This document shows positions 25,077-36,281 of a stretch of DNA of 64,000 nt, one piece after another (the first letter of the stretch is position 1; each line of letters begins with the position of its first letter). The DNA comes from Pecten maximus (taxonomy: Eukaryota). The position numbers and the translations under genes were made by a program. The DNA lies in NCBI RefSeq assembly GCF_902652985.1, contig NC_047032.1, forward strand, positions 3,844,001 to 3,908,000, read 5' to 3'. A model generated the notes under the pieces. The model saw only the letters and a list, made by a program, of their open reading frames with translations. It did no database searches and had not been told where the DNA came from.

Positions 25077-25631
25077 TAACAATGTTCCCAATGGGCCTGT
25101 ATCACTCACCTGGCTCTACAGCAGCTTTAAAGTTGATCTAGGTCATTTCTGCAGAAACTATGCTGATTACCACTTTAATCATATATCAGAGTAGGCTTGG
25201 CTAATTCATGTGAATACATTTTCTACAAGTCCTTCATCCCAGCATTGTTTTGGCGTAATATCAGATCTCAAAGTCTCTTGGCTATCAACAAATACATTGT
25301 TTCATGACCTGTGACCTTTAATATAGTTCAAGGTCTTTTATTTGAACAAATTTGGTAGCCCTTCACCCCAGCATGCTACATGACCAATATCAAGTCCCTG
25401 CATGGGCCTCTTGGTTATTTAGAAGTAGTTGTTAAAAGAGTTTAGCCTATTTGACCCCTGTGACCTTGAATGAAACTTGGTAGCCCTTCATCCCAGCATG
25501 CTACAGGCCCAGTATTTGGTCTCTGGACCTCTTGGTTATTGAGAAGAAGTTGTTAAAATGGAAATGTTGACGCCGGACGGACGAACGGACAGTATAATAA
25601 GCTCACTTGTCCTTCGTACAGGTGAGCTAAT
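25077..25631 (+). mobile_element. Helentron-associated non-autonomous element (HINE/pearl-like); duplicated at 29077-29629
   Basis: 5' aacaa...gggcctgtatcactcacctg, internal gacctt/cccagcatg repeats, (ggac)n microsatellite, 3' hairpin agctcacttgtccttcgtacaggtgagct. Confidence 0.7.
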
Positions 25632-28600
25632 AAATACCACTACTTATCTTATCAAAATATAGATGGTCATTCTCACAACAATACATGAACACCCAACAAC
25701 ATCGCATAAGGGGTCATGTGTGACCTGTGTTACCTCAATATTTCACTTTAAGGTCAAACTGACAATTTTTCGATGTCATCGATGTCATCCATTCGTGACA
25801 TCATGCATCTGAAGCTAACCATTTTGGTACAGCATGAGTATTGTTATGCTTTCTAGGATGAAATGACTTAAAACAGATTGAGAAATCATGCAAGCCATGC
25901 CCTCCTTTTTTATATACGGTACATGTAGGTAGCACACCACAGTAAGACAGCCTGGCCATGGGCAATTTTTTTGTTAAGCAAATAACTCCTGTATTATGAT
26001 ATGTATAAAAAATGAAAAAATAAATGTACACTATAATTGGTATATCCAGTATGAAGTAGTACATACAGGCTTCACATTTATTAAAACAAAAATCAATAAA
26101 TTGGTTCCGGATTTTAAATATCCGGATTTTCCGAACGTGTGTTTACACAGGAAATTTAGTTTCGCCTACAGCGCAAAATGGAAGCCCACAGAAAAGGTAA
26201 GATAGCGGAAAAACTTAATTTACAACATATGTCCAAACAAGATTAATTCTGTCTTTGGGATAGAGATATTTAATTTTAAATAGGTTTCAGAAAAAAAATT
26301 GTGTAGAGAATTGTGCCATTTTGGGTCAAATATCATAATATTTTGCAATTTTTGAGAATTTTTTAAGCTGTTACCATGGTATTCACAGCTCTAAAAATCA
26401 CAGAAAATATCAGTTTACTTATCCTTCAGAGCTCTATTAAAATTGCAAATGTTGTACAGATTTCAAATATATATACTTTATTAGAGGTTATATGTAAGGT
26501 TAACTGGCAATGTTTACATATCTAAAGCATGTGCCATATTTTTCAGAATTTGGCATTTTTACTGTACACTGCTACCTTATAAGGGCTGAAAAATGTTATT
26601 TTTTGGAAATTGTGCTTAATTATGCTTGATTAAGCTTCATTTTATATGTCGTAACATTTAGAAGCGTCAAGTCAACGACCAAGTGTTAATTTAACCAGAG
26701 ACCTATATACTATATATATAGGTCTCTGATTTAACGTAAGGTAATTATCTGATATGGTGTTAGCCTCATTGTAACAATGTATTGTACTTTACCGCCTTGT
26801 CAGGCTTGTGAACCTAATGTGTATTAATATCACTCCAAATAAAGTGACTAATTTCGTTTTATAAAATAATAACATACAGTCTATGGACAAAAGTAGTGGA
26901 ACGATAATCGTTCCACGATGACGGCACATCGGTTTTCGCGTTGTCAAAGTCGGAACTATAAATGCGGTATATAAAGCACATCGACACCGCTTACATCATC
27001 GGAAAGGTCATGGTCTCGTGCTTTGATTGGCGTTCTATTTTTGTCGTCTGCTAGCATGGTTTTTGTTTACAAATAGAAGAAGCGAGATGGAGCCAAATTT
27101 GAGGTACGCGAGTGAAGGCCAGAAACAAAGTGTGGTAGCTATGGTTCAGAAAGGCGTATCTTTCCAAAAAGTTGGTGAGCTACTGAATATGCCTAAAACT
27201 ATGGCAAGCCGTTTTAATATTTAATACCTAATGTAGCTTAAGTCAAATAGTTTTTCGACTTAAGTTAAAAAGATTTCAGCTTAAGTTGAAATCTTTTCAG
27301 CTTAAGCTGAATAAAGACATAATGCAAAAAAAGTTTTTTTAGCTTAAGTTAAAAAGATTTCAACCGAAAAGAAAAAACAGACATCATAATGTTAAAAGAA
27401 TTCAACTTAAGCTAAAAAGATGTTGTTTTGATTAAATGAATAACTGTCTACGCCTTATGACATGGAATCGCCCATTTTGACCTTGAAAAGTCAATCAGCT
27501 TTGTATTGTAACGTTATGCTTCAGTGATTCAGATACAATAGTACCTGTGTAGGCTGGCCAGAACCATTTGAATCAATGGTTATACCCCATCATATCCTCT
27601 GCTGACACAGGGTACAGGTAACGTTCATGGTGTTGTTAGAGGGGGAGAACAATGGGGACTAATTGCAGGAAGATGGGGTGGGGGATGGACTCATCACAGA
27701 TCAGGCATCATCTGTTTAGGGAAAGGGGATGATATCTCACATATACTGTAAACGATTTACATTTACATATCACAGTGAAAATGATGTTACTTTAAATCAA
27801 TTAAAATCAAAACATTAATCAAATATATGACACAATAAATTGTATGTTTGAATGAAAGATATTCAAACATACATACTTGTTAGCAACACGGACCTGTATA
27901 TCAGATAACATATATCCATGTTAGTAAGATCAGTTTTTCCAGCTTCTTTATAGTTAAACAATTCCCTTAAATGATATATGAAGTAGTTTTCAATTTCAGA
28001 CATCAAATTCTCTACGTTTGCTCGTGGCAAAAATCTGTTACTTATTTATACTCAGTATTCTCGTTAACTTAAAAAAATGAACTGTTGTGATAGAATTGCT
28101 TGATATATACTGTTGTACATGTATTTACGGATCAGGTCCTGATGTGATGGACATTTTAGGATCAAAGAGAAATTCATCATCAATATATCACCAGATGTAA
28201 AATTAAAAGTAAAGTTAATCTCAATAAAACCAAAGTCATATTTGATAAAAGAAAAAGTTATGCACAAAATAGATCTATTTGTTTTTCTCTTTTTCATGAA
28301 GAGCTGGATACACGGATAGTTACTCTTTTCTATATCAGTATAATGGCAGCTTTTGTAAAGCAAGAAAAAAATTGTTGAACATGCAGGGTTAATAAACAAT
28401 GAATTGAGAAATTACTGAATGAAACTAATGTGCTGAAGATCCACATTTAAGGAACTGCATTTATACCTGGTTTGAATGTTATTGATTATTTGCTTATGCC
28501 GTTTACTTTATTTTAAATTGTGATTTTTTTTTTACCAAAAATGTGAGCATGGTAAATAATGAAATGCAGACAATCAAGGTGATAACAGAAATGTCAGGGG

Positions 28601-30167
28601 CCGGTTGTTTGAACGTTCATTAAATTAAACCATCATTAAAGTATCATTAAGCCTTAATGATTCATTAAATATCAAATGATTGATTAGTTAATGAATCATT
28701 AAAAATGTGTTGTTGGAAAGTTCATTTAAGGGATCATTAACAAATTAAGGTTAAATGAAGACTTAATGACGGATCCACAATTAAACCATCATTAACTGTG
28801 GGGATTCCCTCTTCCCATAATGGGGCATTTATTGGTGGGAGATCAGAAAGATGAAACAATTCCTTTGGTGAAATGAAGGAGGATTATACGAGTGATGGAG
28901 TAATGATATTAGCGTCCAAATGAATAAATGTCTGTTATTTTGGTCCTTAGTGATACTCCAGGGTGACTGAAGATGTTTATGACTTGATATTAGAGGAATT
29001 TTGGTGAGTGAAGCTGTCGTATTATTAAAGTAAAGACACTATGTTATACTTCTGTGATGCACTCACTATTAAAGATAACAATGTGCCCAATGGGCCTGTA
29101 TCACTCACCTGGCTCTACAGCAGCTTTAAAGTTGATCTAGGTCATTTCTGCAGAAACTATGCTGATTACCACTTTAATCATATATCAGAGTAGGCTTGGC
29201 TAATTCATGTGAATACATTTTCTACAAGTCCTTCATCCCAGCATTGTTTTGGCCTAATATCAGATCTCAAAGTCTCTTGGCTATCAACAAATACATTGTT
29301 TCATGACCTGTGACCTTTAATATAGTTCAAGGTCTTTTATTTGAACAAACTTGGTAGCCCTTCACCCCAGCATGCTACATGACCAATATCAAGTCCCTGC
29401 ATGGGCCTCTTGGTTATTTAGAAGTAGTTGTTAAAAGCGTTTAGCCTATTTGACCCCTGTGACCTTGAATGAAACTTGGTAGCCCTTCATCCCAGCATGC
29501 TACAGGCCCAGTATTTGGTCTCTGGACCTCTTGGTTATTGAGAAGAAGTTGTTAAAATGAAAATGTTGACGCCGGACGGACGAACGGACAGTATAATAAG
29601 CTCACTTGTCCTTCGTGCAGGTGAGCTAATAAATACCACTACTTATCTTATCAAAATATAGATGGTCATTCTCACAACAATACATGAACACCCAACAACA
29701 TCGCATAAGGGGTCATGGTGACCTGTGTTACCTCAATATTTCACTTTAAGGTCAAACTGACAATTTTTCGATGTCATCGATGTCATCCATTCGTGACATG
29801 CATCTGAAGCTAACCATTTTGGTACAGCATGAGTATTGTTATGCTTTCTAGGATGAAATGACTTAAAACAGATTGAGAAATCATGCAAGCCATGCCCTCC
29901 TTTTTTATATACGGTACATGTAATATATAAATACTGTAAATGTTGTGAGCTTTGTTTGCTTTACATACAGATGACAATGACACAGAATCATGGCAAAATA
30001 TTTTGGCTCACCCCTGTGAGTGGCCTTCCATATTATTTTATTAAAATTAACATAAAAACACAGAAATATACATATAATTTTTTTTAAAAAGCAAAGGTGA
30101 GCGGCAAAATTATGCCAAAATGAGCAGTATGTTTGCATAATGATCATCCGCCACCCGCTGAAAAAGT

Positions 30168-30600
30168 TTATTTCAACTTAAGTAAAAAAGATTTCAACTT
30201 AAGCTAAAAAAAAGGTTTATTTCAACTTAAGTCGAAAAGATTTCAACTTAAGCTAAAAAAAGGTTTTATTTCAGCTTAAGTAAAAAAGATTTCAACTTAA
30301 GCTTAAAAAAGGTTTATTTCAACTTAAGTCAAAAAGATTTCAACTTAAGCTAAAAAAAGGTTTTATTTCAACTTAAGTCAAAAAGATTTCAGCTTAAGCT
30401 AAAAAAAAGTTTATTTCAACTTAAGTCGAAAAGATTTCAGCTTAAGCTAAAAAAAGTTTGTTTCAACTTAAGTCAAAAAGATTTCAACTTAAGCTAAAAA
30501 AAAAAGGTTTATTTCAACTTAAGTCGAAAAGATTTCAGCTTAAGCTAAAAAAAGGTTTATTTCAACTTAAGTCAAAAAGATTTCATCTTAAGCTGAAAAA
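30168..30600. repeat. ~48-bp cttaag-containing tandem array inside the IS3EU-like element
   Basis: tttatttcaacttaagtcaaaaagatttcaacttaagctaaaaaa repeated ~9 times; related motifs near both TIRs. Confidence 0.85.
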
Positions 30601-30629
30601 AGAGTTTTATTGTTATATGGATGTATAAT

Positions 30630-30647
30630 CAGAGACATATGTCTCTG
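30630..30647. mobile_element. P-element-like excision footprint (18 bp, microhomology-collapsed)
   Basis: gtataat|cagagacatatgtctctg|gtataat. Confidence 0.78.
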
Positions 30648-33600
30648 GTATAATGGTTAATTGTGTTGCTGTGTTTACATCGTTTGTATTTGTGACATAT
30701 TTAATTTATATGACTTTTACATGAATGAATAAAGTAAAGAGAGAGTAAAAGAATGTTTTCCATTACAATATAGTTTTATAATTATCTAGTATAAGAGAAA
30801 AAAATTGTGAAGAAATATCATGGAATGGCTTCCTGTGTGATGTGGTAGAAGCTGGCACAGGTAGTTTTATAAGTTACACCCCTCTACCTACATGGGTCCT
30901 CAGGTGTGACCACCATCCACCTGTTATGTAATGAGTGCAGACCAGGTATAATCAACCTGGACAAAATTTAAGTATAGTCTATTTCAAAATATACAAATTA
31001 TAGATCAACCTACGGCCAATGTACATCTTACAATTATCATATTCAATTTAGAAATTGCTGACCAGGTTTTAACATAAGCATACACACTACTTATTTATTT
31101 AAATTTTAATCGATATTAAGACTATTGTTATAATTTTGTGTTTTAATTGTAACGAAAAACATGTGATGTTCTTGTTAAAAGAACTACAACCATTTCGTCA
31201 ATGTCAAATAAAGATTAAAAAACCAAATGATAATGTCAGATAGCCATATAAGGGACAGATTTTATACATGTATTTCCATGGTAACCATGGGTCAGTTTCT
31301 AATTTCAGATGCGATGTAAATTTGATTAATTTAAAAGTTATATGTTCGATATAATTTTGCATGACTATGTATCTTTAATTAATCATCAAATTTCAAATAG
31401 ATTGATTCTGTCTATAAGTTACTTGGAACTGAAAGAAACTGATATTTTATATACATATACACAGTTCAATGGGATTGATATTGAGATTGTATTAAATATT
31501 TGTATTACAGTTATCAAAATTCCCTTTTCCAGTTTTGAATATATTATTATATTAATGTCATGACATATATTGAAAATTTTAATTATTGCAAGTAAAAACA
31601 TTTTCGCTGTGATATACTTACACAGGTAAATGACCACCTGAGAATCAATCACTTTCCCAAAACAGACTATACATGTATGTAGCCTTACCTGTACTTATAT
31701 AGTACCTATTGTTCTCTACCGGTATCAACACTTCCTATGCCCATTGTCAAAATGGGAAGACTCCTATTCAACTACCTTTCCAGTTAACTTGACACCTATC
31801 TGGGTGTATATTGTCAATGTCCTGGCTGTCTGATTAATATTTTTTCTATAAAATATGAAAACTGTAAACTAGATAAATCCTATCCTTACTGTCATGGGGT
31901 TATATATATACTATGTATAGGGTATGACTTTATGGGGAGGGAGGGGGGGGGGGGGGGGTGGTTATAAGGCTATAAGGCTATAACTAAACCCTGAACGTTC
32001 AGTGGATGTTGGAACAGTCCAGTAGGGGTGTTTGCATTCGACCTCATTTTTTTGCATTATGTATTATTTTAGCTTAAGTTGAAAAGATTTTGACTTAAGT
32101 TATAAAAATAATTGTCAACTTATGTCGAAATCTTTTTAACTTAAGCTAAAATAATACATAATGCAAAAAGATGTTTTTCAACTTAAGTCATAATCTTTTT
32201 AGCTTAAGTCAAAATCTTTTTAGCTTAAGTAAAAAAACTTTTTACCTTAAGCTATTATGTATTAAATATCAAAACGGCTTGCCATATAAAACTACAGTAC
32301 ATAGAATTTATAGAAATTTCTGTGAACGTGGAAGTGTGAAAAACGGCGAAAAAACGGGCCGACCAAAAAGTTTAACTGCGCGTGACGGAAGGAAAATTTT
32401 ACGAGAATTGAAAACCGACAGACGGATGTCTTTAGACAATATTTGCAACAATTTCAACACTAATGAAAACAAAAATGTTTCTTCTAAAACTGTATGGAGG
32501 TTTTTTAAATCAAATGGATATAGTAGATGTGTTTGCAAGAAACAAATTAAGATTTCTCCTGTCAATAGGGTGAAACGGGTAACATGGTGTAATGAAAAGT
32601 GCCTGTACACGGAGGAGAACTGGAGAAAAGTTATATTTTCAGATGAAAGTCAGATTGTGATTGGCAAGAACAATCGAGTGTGTATTTGGAGAAAATCTGA
32701 CGAAGCTTATCGTCCTGAGTGTATTTCTCCCTGAGTAAAAGATAAAAAACTGAGCCTTATGATCTCGGGGTTGCATCACTTATCACGGTGTAGGAACACT
32801 CACTCGTGTTGACGGGAACATAAATTCTGACAAATACATTGAAATTTTAGACCAAAACTTGTGGCCAGTAATTGCTAGGCATTTTCCAAGTAATAATTAT
32901 GTATTTCAGGATGATAATGCTCCTGTCCATCGTTCTAGAGTCACAAAAGCATATATGGAAACAAGCCAAATAAACACAATGATCTGGCCGGCACAGAGCC
33001 CCGACCTTAACATTATAGAAAATTTGTGGTTGATAATTAAGAGGGCAATTGAACAGTCAGTTGAAAGAATAGAATCTTCTGAACAACTTTATCAGAAAAT
33101 AGTTTCTGTTTGGACCAGTTTTGAGGTCGAAACAATCTGAAATCTTTACTGGTCAATTCCAAAAAGAATCTCTGCTGTAGGAAGAGCCCGCGGATACATC
33201 ACAAAATATTAGGTAAATAATTCAACATACTATTTTTAATTAATACTCAATATTGCTTCGCTCTTCTTCTTTGCAGTGGTATATTTTGTTTTGTTGTAGG
33301 TGTATGCAAACTGCCAATATCGCCATTGAAACAGCACCAGCTACAATTTTTTAATGGTGCAACGTCACAATCGTTCCACTGCTTTTGTCCATAGACTGTA
33401 TAAGAGTACATATAAATGAGAAAGGTTCTGAACTCCCCCAGGCTTGAAATCTGATGTATTTATTTCCAAGTACCGTAGCTTCGGTTGTATTGGGTGGATT
33501 TTTTCGAAGTAGGACTTAAATTGAAGAGAAATGGTCAATCTTTAAAATAAGCCATAACATGTTGTCGATTTCTCGATATTAGTTTACAAAATCGGGCATG

Positions 33601-33877
33601 AAATTTCAAAATTCTCTCGATTTTGTTTACTCGGACAAGTTGACGTATCGGGGTCACCACACTTTGACTCTATTGGACATAGCTTTAGACGAAGTCCACG
33701 GGTTAATCAAGGGGCATGCTTCATCAGATCACCGAATACAACTATTACATACACTTACTTTATGTATTCGAGCACCCTATCGATGGCCCCGGAACTTTTT
33801 ATGCATACTGATAGCAGATTTTTCTCTTGGGTAGCCATGTTGTGACAGCCGCGGTAAATTTAAACAAGCATTCTGAT

Positions 33878-34977
33878 GAATTACAGACGTTTCGCCCCAA
33901 TGTCACAATGTCCCATGCCACAATGTTCCAAATTTTTTTCCTAATGTCCCAAATTTCTGCCACAATGTCCCATTGCGGGTGTCACAATGTCCCAAATTAT
34001 TTGGGGACATTGTGCCTGTCATTACCATAATGTCCCAAAATACCTTGCCACAATGTCCCAAAGTTCTCAAGTTTGAATGGGTTAGTATACCGCTAAGCAA
34101 AACAAAAAAATAAATAAACATGTTATATATACGACCTGTTAAAATAGAAAATAAATAAGATGATACACGTTGTATTTGGCCCGTTATAATAGAAAATTAG
34201 TAAGATGTTACATGTTGAATATGGCTCGTTATGAGAGAAAATTAGTGAGATGCTAGATCTACATGTTATATATGGCACCGTTTCAAAAGAAAATTATATG
34301 CCCCTGGTTTCGGTAGCACTTGTTATTAACTAATTCACAAATATAACTCAGAGAGTTTATTCAGCACTTTCCTTTTTGTTGTCTTATTCGCATTAACTAC
34401 AGGCACGTGTTCACGTTTGTTTCTATATATTTCCTATATGGCGGCTCCGATCGTGTTTAACCTGTGACGTCACAGGTCAGAGGTCATTCGGCTTTGGGCC
34501 TCAGGTGTGTTTTTGAGAAAAATCCCAATTACTCGGTAATGGGTCGGCCGATTTTGATGCGGTTTTCTGCATTCTTGTTTATTAATCAATACCAATAACA
34601 TATTTACATATAATCTTTCGTTAAGGGTACACTTTAATCCACATTTTCACCACACTGTACGGTGAATAAATGGTATAAAACGTGTACATATCCTGTAATA
34701 AGTGGTAAGCAGCCAGTGCATATGGTAATATTTCACTCTCACAATTTTCCATCTATTTAAAACATGAGAAATATTTTGGTACATTGTAGTAACATTTGGG
34801 ACATTGTGGCAAGGTATTTTGGGACATTGTGAAAATGACAGGCACAATGGCCCAAATAATTTGGGACATTGTGACACCCTCCTTGGGACATTGTGACAGA
34901 AATTTGGGAGATTAAGAAAAAAATTTGGGACATTGAGGCATGGGACATTGTGACATTGGGGCGAAACGTCTGGTACC
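33878..34977. mobile_element. foldback/MULE-type MITE with ~180-bp repetitive TIRs and 8-9-bp TSD
   Basis: cattctgat|gaattacagacgtttcgccccaatgtcacaatgtccc ... gggacattgtgacattggggcgaaacgtctggtacc|cattctgat. Confidence 0.88.
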
Positions 34978-35229
34978 CATTCTGATTGGTTATAGAAATG
35001 TGTTAACCAATCAGAATGCTCCAATAGACGTCCGGCAAAATCTGAATTCGAGTCTATTTCCTTTTCTATTCTTGCCAAGTTCCAACGATTCATTTCCTTT
35101 CCTCAAATTTGGAAATACTCTGGTTTTGCCGATTCTACTCACTTTTGCGTCTTTTCTGGCAGAATCTGTCTGCGTTTTTGTAGGTCCATGCTTTCGGCGA
35201 TCCACCATTTTGTGTGGACTGTGAAACCC

Positions 35230-35372
35230 GCTGTTGCATTGTGGGACTAATTTTCATAGAAACTTAGTCTGGCAGCCACAGTTATTATTTTTGGGAATTC
35301 CCCGTATACGTATACTTTCACAAATACATATTTTCTTTCATTTTCTGATTCACAGTAATCTGCTAGGTATGT
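35230..35372 (+). promoter_or_regulatory. candidate promoter / 5' UTR exon of the HEPN-STAND gene
   Basis: Palindromic kB site GGGAATTCCC at 35293-35302; ISRE-like tttcattttc at 35336-35345; ZNF143-like gcattgtggga at ~35236; AG|GTATGT donor at 35367. Confidence 0.4.
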
Positions 35373-36109
35373 ATCAAGATCAAAAACTGTAAAAAGTTCA
35401 AAATGTAAACATTGATATATGTTTCGTCGGGAGTATGTGGGTTTAATTAATATGCTATAACATCTTTATTATTTTCAAGAGCATTATAAAAATATGACAC
35501 AAGGCAGTCTGCTGAATTTGTCCTATTGTCATTTATTCATTGCAACTATTCCATCATCATTGTGTGCAAAACAGCAATGTTTGCATGGTGATCCTATTCA
35601 GTTCGTAAAAATTGCCTCCAGGCCAGGGGAAAGGGAAGTAGAATGACCATAGAATTTTTAGGTCACCTAGCTGCGACAAAGTCTCAAGTGTCCTATTCTA
35701 ATTGCCTTTTGTCCTTCATCATACATTGTGCACACACACAAAATTGGTTCAGAAGCTTCCTTTCGGGAGGGGAACAAATTTTGGTAAAGATGCATGTGAA
35801 GTTCACAAAAATGTATGTCAGGGTCAAGGTCATCATGTCAATGACAATTTTTTTTTATCTTTTTACTGATAAACATTTTGTTATGACCTGATGAAGCAAT
35901 ATTTAGGTATTTAGAGTTCAAGGTCATATCTAAGGTGAAGGTCAAGGTTAGGTTTTTGTAGCTTTTCACTGATGAACATTTTATAACGCGTTGAAATGTT
36001 TCAAACAAAAAGTCAACTGACTAAAGGTCAAGGTCACTGTGAAGATGATCCACCTTGTAGTCTTGGTGTCGTTAATGTGTAAGACTTGTTTATCATTACA
36101 GGAGTCACC

Positions 36110-36281
36110 ATGAAGACGCTCCACCTTGTCGCCGTGGTATTGGTCGCATATGGAGTACAAATGGTGCTGTCTGACTCTGAGAATGGATCTTCGTTTCCAG
36201 ACCTAACAAGCAATGGATGGGCTTTTATTGCTTGTACTGTGGCAGTTATAATATTTGGATGGCTCTGGTGTCGCTTCACAG
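36110..36281 (+). CDS. exon 1: signal peptide + short spacer + transmembrane helix
   Basis: ttacag|GAGTCACCATG (good Kozak context); MKTLHLVAVVLVAYGVQMVLS-DSENGSSFPDLTSNG-WAFIACTVAVIIFGWLWCRF; CAG|gtatct. Confidence 0.75.

Larger units (their letters stand above)
22603..25927. repeat. copy 1 of a directly duplicated 3.3-kb block (copy 2 at 26646-29922): Tc1 left end + IS3EU-like left part
   Basis: Near-identical from atgtcgtaacatttag to acggtacatgta; ORFs 22976 and 27027 are duplicates. Confidence 0.95.
27200..32286. mobile_element. ~5.1-kb non-autonomous IS3EU-like DNA transposon (TAYGG termini, 6-bp TSD) with cttaag-rich arrays; extra left part from 23149
   Basis: taaaac|tatggcaagccgttttaatatttaatac ... 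gtattaaatatcaaaacggcttgccata|taaaac; removing it restores the Tc1 reading frame. Confidence 0.78.
27087..33212 (+). pseudogene. Tc1 transposase (27087-27199 joined to ~32293-33212), with stops and a frameshift
   Basis: MEPNLRY...LLNMPKT|TVHRIY...GRPKSL...WRKVIFSDES...QDDNAPVH-(D34E)-SPDLNIIENLW...GYITKY*. Confidence 0.92.
26877..33398 (+). mobile_element. Tc1 (DD34E) transposon interrupted by an IS3EU-like insertion; extra left end at 22834
   Basis: TA|cagtctatggacaaaagtagtggaacgat ... atcgttccactgcttttgtccatagactg|TA. Confidence 0.93.

Noticed and set aside
32171-32286. N-terminus MFFNLSHNLFSLSQ... of ORF 32171-32734
   Set aside because: Read-through from the IS3EU-like right end; the true Tc1 N-terminus is at 27087-27199
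34980-35210. Minus-strand KTRV...RW...FAGRLL peptide resembling a transposon accessory ORF
   Set aside because: Needs a frameshift, is short, and no element boundaries were found; too weak to call
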